Part shown: positions 53,601 to 64,000 of the stretch, piece after piece
How positions within the stretch are numbered: the stretch's first letter is position 1
How the letters are laid out: each line of letters starts with the position of its first letter
Assembly: GCF_964355755.1 (NCBI RefSeq)
Contig: NC_092671.1
Location: 12,834,001-12,898,000, forward strand
Reading direction: 5' to 3'
Origin: Antedon mediterranea
Taxonomy: Eukaryota; Animalia; Echinodermata
Length of the DNA stretch: 64,000 bases
The notes under the pieces: model-generated
The model's input: the letters and a program-made list of their open reading frames with translations, nothing else
Told to the model about the DNA's origin: nothing
Database searches by the model: none
Translations under genes and position numbers: made by a program

Positions 53601-54540
53601 CTAAATTTAAATTGGTCATATCAAAGTAATATTAAAGTTCTTCACTTAAGTCGAAAATTTGAGCCAAAAACAACAAGTTTACGTAATTAACAGGTAAATT
53701 AATTTGATTACATTTCGTCTGGAAAATCGTCAGGAGCGAAAGTAAACAAAGAGTTCAAACCATGCTAATTAGGATTGTTTACAACTTGTCACGGTTGAGA
53801 AGATCTTTTCATACAGATCGCTAGGAAGTGTTATGATTATGCATACAGAGTAGCCAAATAAGCGTGTGGCATTATGAGATAGGCCTATGTTTTTATCGAA
53901 AACTTTGACTGGAATGATGATTTTTTTTCCGACTAATTTTTGGTGAAAGTTAATAACTATTATGATACTTCAAAATGACCCACTTTTTTTCGAAATCTTT
54001 TTTTATAATTTTTTTTTGGAATTAGTCAAAGGGACAATACTGTACATCATGGAGGTATAATACCTCCATCATATGATGATGAATACATCTTAAAAGTATA
54101 AATGCATTAAAATTACAAACAAAAGGCAACAAACAAGCAGCTTGATTATCCTAAATCAATGCATTTGATAATTTACTATGCTAGACCGCCCTACCACACA
54201 GCATTAGACATTTCTACAAATTAGTAGGCCCAGAATAAAATGAAATAGGTCTAGGGCCTAGGCCGTCCATCATAAAACCGTCAAGGGCAGTCGCCGGTGG
54301 ATTACAGCACTTTATTGGGCGGATCCACCTCGGCGACCGAGACAAGTGAAACGGGACAGGCTTAGCAAAACGGGGTTTAGTTGTCCAATAATCTGTTGAC
54401 GTTTTACTTCAATAGTAATATTTCATCTGTAAAACAGTTACACTGATAGGCCTAAATGTACTTACTTGAACTGAATCTAGAGCTAAATCAATCTCTAAAT
54501 TACCCGTAGCCTGCAAAGCACTTTCCAGTGCATCGGCCAT
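41614..54540 (-). CDS. VPS8: Vacuolar protein sorting-associated protein 8 homolog (CORVET subunit), multi-exon, complete
   Basis: Starts at ATG 54540 (MADALESALQ..). Exons encode IDDDEFDIPELEKTPTLDSILNE, HGSILRHVMLRGMSSQVVSAA, DRVDAGKPTAMAVS..IGTSHGLILVF, VYGSSHFKSLATGGNVSKAL, FLECLEPYILND, CWSHGLYDAIIYVYNKGM, a C-terminal RING-like region (C.HGYH..CL, W.CLLC) and ESFQLRLAAPP; stop at 41614-41616. Confidence 0.95.
41836..41950 (+). repeat. Dispersed intronic repeat (copy of 14005-14120)
   Basis: Direct sequence similarity to 14005-14120. Confidence 0.7.
46323..46432. mobile_element. MITE family B copy
   Basis: taa|ggctctgtctacac ... gtgtagacagagct|tta with internal ccatatttgg. Confidence 0.8.
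47541..47754 (+). mobile_element. tRNA-derived SINE family C
   Basis: B box GGGTTCAATTCCC, body ccactcagctgtaaatgagcacctgg and tail cctttaccttta; homologous to 32758-32983 and 27452-27551. Confidence 0.85.
48504..48615. mobile_element. Degenerate MITE family B copy
   Basis: gtgtgatgtgcccaattatggtagtgatatga...gtttgatagtataaacagagct|tta. Confidence 0.7.
53556..54090. mobile_element. TIR transposon sharing family A termini but with a different interior, in VPS8 intron 1
   Basis: agatgtattgtccct ... agggacaatac[insertion]tacatct|taa. Confidence 0.6.
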
Positions 54541-55200
54541 GTTTACAAACATGTGTTGGCAGAAAAAGTTTACAATTTTGCCCAATTAACAAATTTACTG
54601 CTCTTTCCATCGAAAATGGCAATAGTCATCATCCTTCATTTGTTCACAAAATTAAAAGCTTACATTAAAAAAAGAAAACCATTTAAACACAGCAAACTGT
54701 TGAAAAAAAGACAATATTTGTTTATTATTTCAAGCACATAAAGTACATTGCCAAGTGTTACATTAAGATATGAACATTGATTTATATTAATCATTTCGTT
54801 TGACAGATTTTTATATATCCAACGAGGCACTTTAAAATAGGTCTACAAAATTTACATAAATTTTTGTTATTTTTCAAATATATGTGAAAATGTTGCGTGC
54901 CCAATTGCAATAGGCATAACTGACCTAAATGGTTAATATTGCAATTTCAATGCACTCCAGTATCATTGTACGTGTTTTCAATCTACAGAACACAATAAAA
55001 GTAATATTTCTTTCAAGAATACAATTATTGTTCAACTGACCCACATTAATATTGCAAGATTTGTTTATGTATTTACAGCTAACAAAATTCAACATCCCAA
55101 AAATAAATCTACCTAGAAACTGATTATAATTAGGACTAACAGTAGCTCTATTTTGTGTTACGGGCAACAAAATGTCTAGAAATTTAAAAAGATAGTTTAA

Positions 55201-55503
55201 AGATGTATTGTTCCCCAAAAAACATCAACAATGAAGATGATTAAAATTAGACTTTGAATAGGCCATTTTGCAGTTTAATAAAGTTAATCACTTAAATGAA
55301 TATGAAAATAATAGTTTCACTTATAAAAAGACAAAATAAACAAATTATCTTCATTCAACAAAAAACCTATTGGCTGGCAGTCAATTTGACTATATTTTTG
55401 CTTTAAATTACAGTTTTTCATGTCAAAGTGAACTATTATGTGATATTAAAATGGCATATTCAACAAAATAAATGTTAACAAATTATATTTTTCAGAGATA
55501 TCT
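55201..55503 (-). mobile_element. Family A TTAA transposon copy (in the presumed MED1 3' UTR)
   Basis: Reverse complement of 8046-8367: ttaa|agatgtattgttccccaaaaaacat...aaaatggcatattcaacaa...atct|ttaa. Confidence 0.75.
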
Positions 55504-56864
55504 TTAATCTTTTCCAATGAAGAAAAAATGATGTGAATAAACCATTAGCTATGACAGATGGTTTAACTTGTGTAAAAATTCACCTCAAATAAAGTAGAAC
55601 CCTCTTTTGGGACATGCAGGGGGCACACATATTAAGGGATGTCCCCTTAATAGAGGTTATACTAAAGACTAAAATTGTAGAGTAGAGTATATTAATATAT
55701 ATCTATAGGTAATAAAGACTATAATTGGAACAATATTAATCATTTATGATTACATTATGTATGCATGTTATACCGAATTAATATCACAGTACAGTAATTA
55801 TATTTGTTTTAAATTGTTGCATATGAAAGAACAAATGGAAACAACATTTCATAAATAAATAGTAATCAGCACCGTTAACTTATAATATAATACCACACAG
55901 TTAAACAGAACAATAATAATTGTATATTTATATATTTATACAATTTTTAAAAAGTAAATAAACTCCAAAAAAATCTCTACACCTACATATATATGCTTAA
56001 AATAATGTAAAATATATAATTTGTTTATATATTCAATTTCTTTCCTAAAACCTTCAACTTAATAACTAAAATACTCTCATTTATAATTATTTAAAATTCT
56101 ATTAAAGGATTTACTATTGGCAACAAGACACTCCTTAAAATATGCTATAAAAAAGAACAACTGCATTTAAGCAATATTTTTAACTACACAGAACAATTAT
56201 ACAATATAGATATTTCATTAACAAATTTACACTTAAATACACATTTCAGTTTAAATAGGCTTTTAAAGTAACCAGTATGTGAGATGCCAAGCAGAATATT
56301 ATCACTACATTCATAATATTTCTACTACCATGTTTGAATCTGAATAATATTATGTATCATAATCATTCCTATGGTAATCTTTCTAATCTCTTATTAAATT
56401 TCCAATTTTTTCTTGGAATACATAATTTGTTTTACTTTCCAATATACCTTTGTCTACAATTAATCAAAAGCAAGATTCATTTCTGTCACATTGCCCAACA
56501 ATAACACACATTGATTTTGCATAATAACGCATTATTTACAATTTCTAAACTGCATTCAATTTCAATACAACTCGTTTTTAATATCAACAGAACAGACTAC
56601 CAAGTGCAATATCTATATTAGTAGTTTTTGCAAATGATTGTTAATTATGTTTATTAAATGAAATTGTAATAACATGTAAATTACTGAAATTGGATATTTA
56701 AATGACATTGTCTATACCTTATTTTCCTGAACCCGCTTTTATTAACTTTGATATAATTTAAAATATAATTTAAAATTTAATATAAAATATAATATAAAAC
56801 AACTATCTAATACAAAACAAAAACAAGAAAAATATTGAGGAGAAAAAAAAATAATATAAATAAT

Positions 56865-56976
56865 AATGAATGTTTATATTTGTGCAATGGTACAAATTAT
56901 GCCATTCGGTGAATGAGGAAAGGTTATATTTCCCCTCATTCCATTATTTGTACCATTCCACTCATAAACATTCATT
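56865..56976. repeat. Long imperfect inverted repeat (MITE-like) just 3' of the MED1 stop
   Basis: aatgaatgtttat/ataaacattcatt, aatggtacaaat/atttgtaccatt and gaatgagg/cctcattc are nested pairs. Confidence 0.75.
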
Positions 56977-57011
56977 TTGTATACTAATGTGATAAAGAAA
57001 AACTATTAAAT

Positions 57012-60000
57012 TCAACTTTCTTTACTGATGACCGAAACAAGAGCCTCGTCCATCAAATCATCATCAATAGGACAAGGACTTGCTTGATTACTGGGAACAC
57101 TAAGAGCTGCTGGAGACTTCACAGGTAGCATAATTGGAGAAGCAACTTGTCCTAATGGTGATGCAGCCATGATGCCCAGTGGTGATTGGGCTATCATACT
57201 TCTAGGCGATGTGGACCCTGGTTCAGTTTGTGTGTCACTAGATGAGTTTTTAGGATGGTGTTCCTTTTTAATCAATGCTTCCTTCTCGATTTCAAAAGTA
57301 GATTCTTCTTGAATGTCATCAATAACTAATTCACTATCACTTTCTACCTCACCAACAGGACTTACAGGTTTAGTCTTTTTTAAATTAACTGGTTCTTCAC
57401 TTTTCACTAATGGTGGAGTTAATTCTTTCGACTTAGATGCAGGTTTGGCTACTACCTGACTAGGTGCACTCAGAGATTTCTGATCAGAAGTTGAATTTAA
57501 AGTTTTAGAGCTTCCTACTTTTAATGATTGCTTAGGAGATGGAACTTGAGGTTTTGGACTCGATGATTTGGAGGTTGTCAATGCTGGACTGGGAATCCTA
57601 AACTGAGTTGCTGGCGAGTCAGAAGATTTGTTTGAAATGTCCCTGTTGTCTTGATTGACTGCATCAACTTCAACCTTTTTCTGTGACATATCTTTCTTAA
57701 GATTTGTATTTGTGTTTCCACCGAGACTGTCCGTTTCAACTTGTCCTAACTTCTTTCTGAAGACCTCTCTGTCTGTAGTTTCCTCCTTACCTTTGCTTGC
57801 ATCCAATTTCAAATCATTTGTCTTTGTGAAAAAACTGTCAGTTTTTTTTGCTAGTTGTGCATCAGGTTTGCGTAAATCTGATGATGTCTTACCAGCTGTA
57901 TTATTTACATTGGTTATTTTTGTTTCACCAGATAATGATGTCTTGCTACTAGTGGTGTTACTAACACTTTTACCCAGTGTTTGCTTTTTAATTCCCTCTG
58001 CAGATACATTAGGCCGACTGACATGAGAGGTAGGGTTTGTTGGTGTCGCTTTACTACTGCTTACAACAGCAGGAAATTTACTTTTTGGAGAAGCAGTCAA
58101 TTTTGGAGATTTGCTCAATATATTAGGTTTTCTTTGCAGAGAACTTGGTGAACTACTTGTTTTACCTGGTGTTTTCATGGGACTTGAAGGACTCTTTTGA
58201 ATATTTCCACTTTTAGAAGAACTGCCTATCTTTGTAGGTACCTTGTTGGATGCAGGAGATGTTACCTTAATTGAAGGGCTTGATGTTGATATTGTCCTTG
58301 ATGGATTTGGACTCATCTTGCTCTGTTTTGGACTTGATATTGAAGATGATCTATTAGCTAATGGTGAAGGTTTTGTGCTTACACTCACAGCTTTTAAACC
58401 AGATTTTGAAGTAGCCGGCTTACTGATGTTCGAGTGTGTCAGAGATTTTGAAGCCACACCAGAGCTTGCTTTTAATTTTTGAGTTTTAATATTTGATTGA
58501 GATTTAACAAGCATGTTTGACTTTTTATCTGTATCTAGCACAGAAGAGGAAACCAATGTGTGTGGCTTTGGTGAATCTGATGGTTTGGTTGTAGGAGCTT
58601 TTTGAAATTCCTTTAAATCATCTGATGAAGGATCATAATCATCTTTATGTTTCTGAGCTTTCATTTGTAAAACCTCAACAATTGAATTTATATTTTTTGA
58701 TCTAAATGGTGATTTGTTCTTTTTCAAAGCCGCAGCTCCAGCAGATAACGGTGTTCCGGCTGAAAGAGGTGTTGTAGCTGAACGTGGAGATCCAATACCA
58801 GGTGACTGTGGCATTAAAACCAAAGGAGGTGGTTTGGGGGCTGTTACCTTTGTAGAAGTAACTTGCTTTGTACCAGTGGAAACTGGTGTCTTCACAGTGC
58901 TTGTACTAATTGATGGTGATTTATGTGTAACATCTGCAGAAAGTGGTTTATTTGAGATATTTGGTGAGGAAACTACAGCGACTGGTTTCTGCTGCATATT
59001 TTGCTTCTTTGATGCAGTAGGTTTTATTGAGCTAAATTTAGCTTTCTGCGTTGCTAACTTTTTAGCCAATACCGTTTTGGTTGTAGGTAGAGATCCAGGT
59101 TTGTGAATTGTAACCACTTTTTTAACTCCAGTTTGAAGTTTTCCTTCAGTTACCTTTTGTCCAGGTGTTACTTCTTTTGAGAAAGTCTTCATACCAGATG
59201 GTGTCTTTAGGTGAGACAAAGTTTTGTTAAAAGGATTTTGCTTTGTATCAGATTTAACACCTGTTAATTTTGATGGTTGCTCATTTGAAATATACTTCTT
59301 CTTTTCAATACTAGGAACTTTAAGAACAGATTTATTTGTACTTAACACTTCTCCTGTATATTCTGACGTATTCTTTTTCTGTGAAACACTTTTCTTATCT
59401 GGCTCTTTCTTTGGCTCCGGCTCAGTCAACTTATTCTCACTTGTTTCACCAACAGGTGGGTGGGCAAGTCTTACAGTTATCTTAGGTGGCTTGATATCCG
59501 TAGTAGCTGAACTAACTTTTTTTGCTTCTGATATCAACTGTTTCTTAGTCTCTGAACCTGTACGACTAAACTTTATTTTCAAAGGATCTGAAGATGGGGT
59601 CATGGTGAAACTTACTTTCGCTGGTGGTTCATCTTCAGTTTCAATTTTTCTTTTTCTCCTAGCCTTTTTAGGATGTTCTACAGTAGGTGGACTAATATTT
59701 GTTTCTTTCCTTTTAGTTTTCCTCTTTGCTTTCTTTGGCGGCTGCGGTGATGGCTGAGGAGATAACGAGCCTTCTCTTGAATCAGGTTTAAAGTTTTTAG
59801 GTTTTCCTTTAGAGATAAATGGTTGCTTTAATGACGCCTTATCATGACTAAATAAAGGTTTTTGTTCATTAAGTACATTTCTATTTGATCGATCGAGATC
59901 TAACATTGATGTCAATGAGTTATCACTTTTTCGCCGATGCATTAGAGATGGTTTTCCACTTGACTGCAATGGGTAAGATGATGCCAGTTGAGCTTTATTA

Positions 60001-63000
60001 TCTAGCCTAGATTTGTAGTCTGTAAAATCTGATGCAAAAGAATTCTTGTTTTGATTATTTGATTCTAATGTCATATTAACAAGATCAAATGAAGATGCTT
60101 CGTCACTTTCAAGAAGATTTACCTCAAAATTTAAAACATCTGGGTCAATTTCAGGAAAGTCATCTTCAATCGAATCTCCTGAAAAAAAGTTAATTGGTGC
60201 ATTTTCTGATAAATCGTTAGAGACAGGAGTAGGTATCTGTTCTGAAATACTAGTTGACGGTGTCTTTTCAACAGGTGTTGATGGGATGTCACCTTGCATA
60301 ATCATTTCATTCTCTGGAGTATCAAGAGTACTTTTTGTACTAGTTCTGTTAGCTGACCAAGGTGTTGGTGTTAATGGTGATAATGCTGGCCAACTGTAGG
60401 AACCATGAGAACTTGTACTTTCTATTCGTTTGTGTTTGGAATCTATAGAATGGTTCAATAAATCACCTTGCGAAAATGGGAACTTAGAATCTCCTGTCAT
60501 TACGGCAGACATGTCAGTAACAGAAGAGTATCTGCTTGTCGGTAATGATGTTTGTTGCATCATTGAAGTGGATGGTGTTCCAGGAAGAAAGAAAACAGGA
60601 TCATCATTTAACTCATCATTAAATTGCCGTGGCGACCGACTGTCTGATGTGGATTTTCGCTTCCGTCTTTGTTTAACTTCTTTTGTTTTGACAACTGGAC
60701 TGGCAACTGCAGATGCTTGAGTAGGCTGGACACGAAGAAGATCCATTAACATTGGATTTTGTGGGGGTTTAGTCATAGCTCCCATTGCAAGATTTCCAGC
60801 TAAATTTGTGTTTTGTAAAAGACTGGCCAACATTGGGTTTTGTGAAACTTTTGAATCATCCAATGATTTTAAATCAGGTTTTGGAGTGTCAGTGGTGGAC
60901 GAACCAAACAGAGTAACCATAGACTGGCTTAGATCGCGCAATATACTTTTAGGCATTGTAGACCTAACGTTTCCCATCTTGTTGGTAATGTAATTCATAG
61001 TCGTTGAAGTCGGTTTAGGAGATGTAACATCGTTAATCCCTTTTGCGGAATTTGGCAGCAATGTATTTACTGATCCGGGTGAAAACATGGAAGGGACAGC
61101 TGAAGTACTCAAAGGTTTCCTAAACTTGTCCATCTTTGAATATGCAACTTTCATGATAGCTCTCATTGTGACTGGTATCGACATACATCTGAAAAAAAAT
61201 TAAATGTGTAAATGGTAAATTATAAATAACAATTAATAATAATACCAAAAACAAAATGTAAAGTAAATTCTCATAAAAGAACCATCATTTAACTAGGTAC
61301 AGTACATACCTTACCCACTTAAAACAGTCAAAAGAACTTACTTTTGTAAAACTTTAGTGGCATAATCATTGCAACATAGTGGTTCTTCACCTTGAGCTGT
61401 GTGGATAATGCACTTGAGATTGGAAACATCATTCAGGTCCATCTCAACTATTAAAAACAAATAGTACATTCCTTATTTTGTGCACTTAACAAATTATGAT
61501 TTACTACAATGGGGAATAATGATTGTAGCACTGAGCTGTAAGTAAGCATTTCATACAATGTATTGAGAATTGCTTTGATTGGCTATCACACTAGTGTTAA
61601 ACATTGTTAGTACATTGTAAAATAAAAAAAAAATTACCACAAGCCATTCCAATCTTGGCAGGATGTTCAAATGTTATTGTTAACTTATTTTGTGTAACTG
61701 CAGACACTTCAAATAAAAAAACTTCTGTTTCATCTACCGAAAAAAAATATAAATCATTAAAAATTATGTTTGATGTAAAGTTTGAGGTACACCCTGTATA
61801 GTTCTGAAAAGAACTGTTGAGTTACTCAAAAGTAAAATGAATGAATGAAAACTTATATCAACATAAAATAATCCCCTTAAAGTATTAAAAATATAATTAA
61901 TAGAGCTATATAAATGCATCACTTTCTTGTCTACACATCTCTCAAAAACTAGAGAATTTGAGTGGTGCATGTATTGACAAATGAAAAGTGTAAGTAAAGT
62001 TGTTTGGAATTACCTTTGCAGGTGTCTGTTCTTACACAACTAGCAATAAGAGTGTTGTACACTGCTTGTTGTCGTAATGCTGTTAATATGGCAATGGCTT
62101 GGCTTGTACAGGTTAGTGGGATAATTGATTGCATAACACCTTTCATTTCTTTACTACATTCATTAATAAAGTAGCAATGCTGTTCACCAGGTAAAGTCTA
62201 ACGTAAAAAACAAGAAAAGGTATAGTAATGATATTAAATTAAAAAGAGTCTAAAATACTGGATATACGTGTGGCTGTATTCATCATTTAACCAGGAAAGA
62301 TTAAGATTACAGATTGTACTCTTTTTAAGGAATACACACCTGTTAAACATTTCCTATGAAATGAACAATGAATGGCATTTACTATAAAATTCTTTCTAAA
62401 GTATGTTATTGTACAGTATGACTATTTTAATAGGACTTACCACATAGTATCTGTTGCGCAATGCCGGTTTGGAACTTGGTAATGATGGATCTAGAGCATA
62501 CCGACATATCAGTGAGTTGAGAGGTACAGCTGAGGATAGATCTTTTAAAAAAAAGAAAAAAATAGAACTTAACTAACAAGCCATGTATAATTACCTACAT
62601 TAAAGATAGAAATATTGTATATAAATGTCTAGGGAGAAATACTCTCCCCTGGATGGTCGCCCTAGCCCCTTCCCCCCAACACATATGACTCTGCGGGTGA
62701 TTCAAATATAATATAAAACAATTGCATACAATAGCAAAAATGAGTATATAATAGTATAGATACTGTCATTTTCAAGTATCAAACAATGTTGTACTTACTT
62801 TGGTTGATTGCTAAACGTTTAATTTGTATTATTGATAATGGCATCGGTTTGTTGAGTTTTAACACAAAGCAAGCTGGTATGTTCATACAGTTGCTGCTAT
62901 TTAATTGTACAAAGTTGTAATGAGGTCTATTAAAAGAATAAAAATAATGTAGTTAGAAGTATATAAATAGAATTAAAAAAATAAACGGGTTTTTACTGGT

Positions 63001-63728
63001 TTTGGTTCAGGGATCAGTTTTCTAAACGCTTAACAAATCTTTAACAAAATAAACACAATCTTATTAATATTGATTGATCGATAGGTGTTTGGTATTTATT
63101 TCAGTTATCTGCAAAGTTTACTTTGCCTATACAATAAACATCATAAGTTTGTATATTACAAACATGATAAAAACAACTATGTATGTATTTTACAGAGAAA
63201 AAATTACTCAGAAGTAATGCTGAATATATCTATTAACCGTAACGTGTAAAGATGAAAAGAAAATGTTGTATAGCAGTACGGTATATCCGGATCTCGTTTT
63301 GTAAATTTATGTTTTAGAAAGGGCATATGAATTTTATCTCTGTTGCATATATTTACACTGTATTTATGTTTAGGGTGACAACATTGCTGCATGCTTCTTT
63401 AATACATCAAACATAAGAATTTATGTTTGAATTTGTTCATTCTCATAGATTTTCATGCCATTTCACATTCTATGTTATGAATCAACATCTGGATAATTAT
63501 CTTTTAAGCTCATAAACCAAACAATAAAATTTTAACAACATTATCAGTTGTTTGTTTAGATATTCAAACAATAATTAGATAAATTTAAAACCGTTATTTG
63601 TAAAGTTTACCCTTTTTTCCCATCTGACGGTGTCACCACATTCAATGTACTACTGCACTGTAATCTCTTCTGCTGTGAACTATCTAAGAGTACGCTTAAC
63701 GACAAGCCCAGGTTTTCTGGTAGAGGAT
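57012..63728 (-). CDS. MED1: Mediator complex subunit 1, 3' portion (gene continues beyond the window end)
   Basis: A large last exon (57012-61188) contains CMSIPVTMRAI, two nuclear-receptor boxes (SQNPMLASLL and NPMLMDLL), an S/K/P-rich IDR and C-terminal IDDDLMDEAL. Upstream exons lie at about 61342-61448, 61640-61735, 62014-62198, 62443-62543, 62800-62927 and 63611-63728 (e.g. ILTALRQQAVYNTLIASCV). Confidence 0.95.
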
Positions 63729-64000
63729 CTAAAATACACATAAACCATATTTCAATATCCACTGTACTAATTAGAAAACCGTCCATTATTGAGTGGTTAT
63801 AAAAAAAATAGGTAGGCATATAAAAAGTCTTGTAAACTTGTTTATAGAATAGCTTTAACTCTCATGGGCCTACAGCTAAACACACTGTAAAGTACTCTTC
63901 CAAGCTTAAACTAGGGTGAAACCTTCCAGGCTTAAACATAGTTTTATTACTATGTTTAATATTAATATCGATGAATCACTAAATATAAATAACTACTAAT

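Noticed and set aside
57655-60993. Several 60-180 aa + strand ORFs opposite the MED1 last exon (likewise - strand ORFs at 35845-37923)
   Set aside because: Antisense shadows of long low-complexity coding exons, with no motifs or splice support.

Overview
AT-rich, intron-rich genomic DNA from an animal (probably a marine invertebrate deuterostome; this is inferred from composition and repeat types, not proven). The + strand carries a myosin light chain kinase (MLCK) family cluster of three units. (1) A small two-exon, acidic single-Ig protein resembling telokin (3460-4886). (2) A compact Fn3-kinase-CaM-helix MLCK of about 429 aa (12721-17355). (3) A long MLCK paralog of about 1762 aa with three Ig domains, a kinase, a CaM helix, a ~750-aa disordered tail with 14-aa repeats and a hydrophobic C-terminus that looks like a membrane tail anchor (23768-37933). 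The long paralog has a minor-spliceosome (U12) intron and a GC-AG intron at positions where the short paralog has ordinary GT-AG introns. The - strand carries a complete VPS8 gene (54540-41614) and the 3' part of MED1 (beyond 63728 to 57012), tightly packed in tandem. Non-coding parts contain a 5S rRNA-headed SINE-like element, tRNA-derived and Deu/Nin-like SINEs, several MITE families (one carrying CArG boxes), muscle-type regulatory motifs and a degenerate hammerhead-like motif. All exon structures were assembled by hand from splice signals and reading frame, with no expression data.
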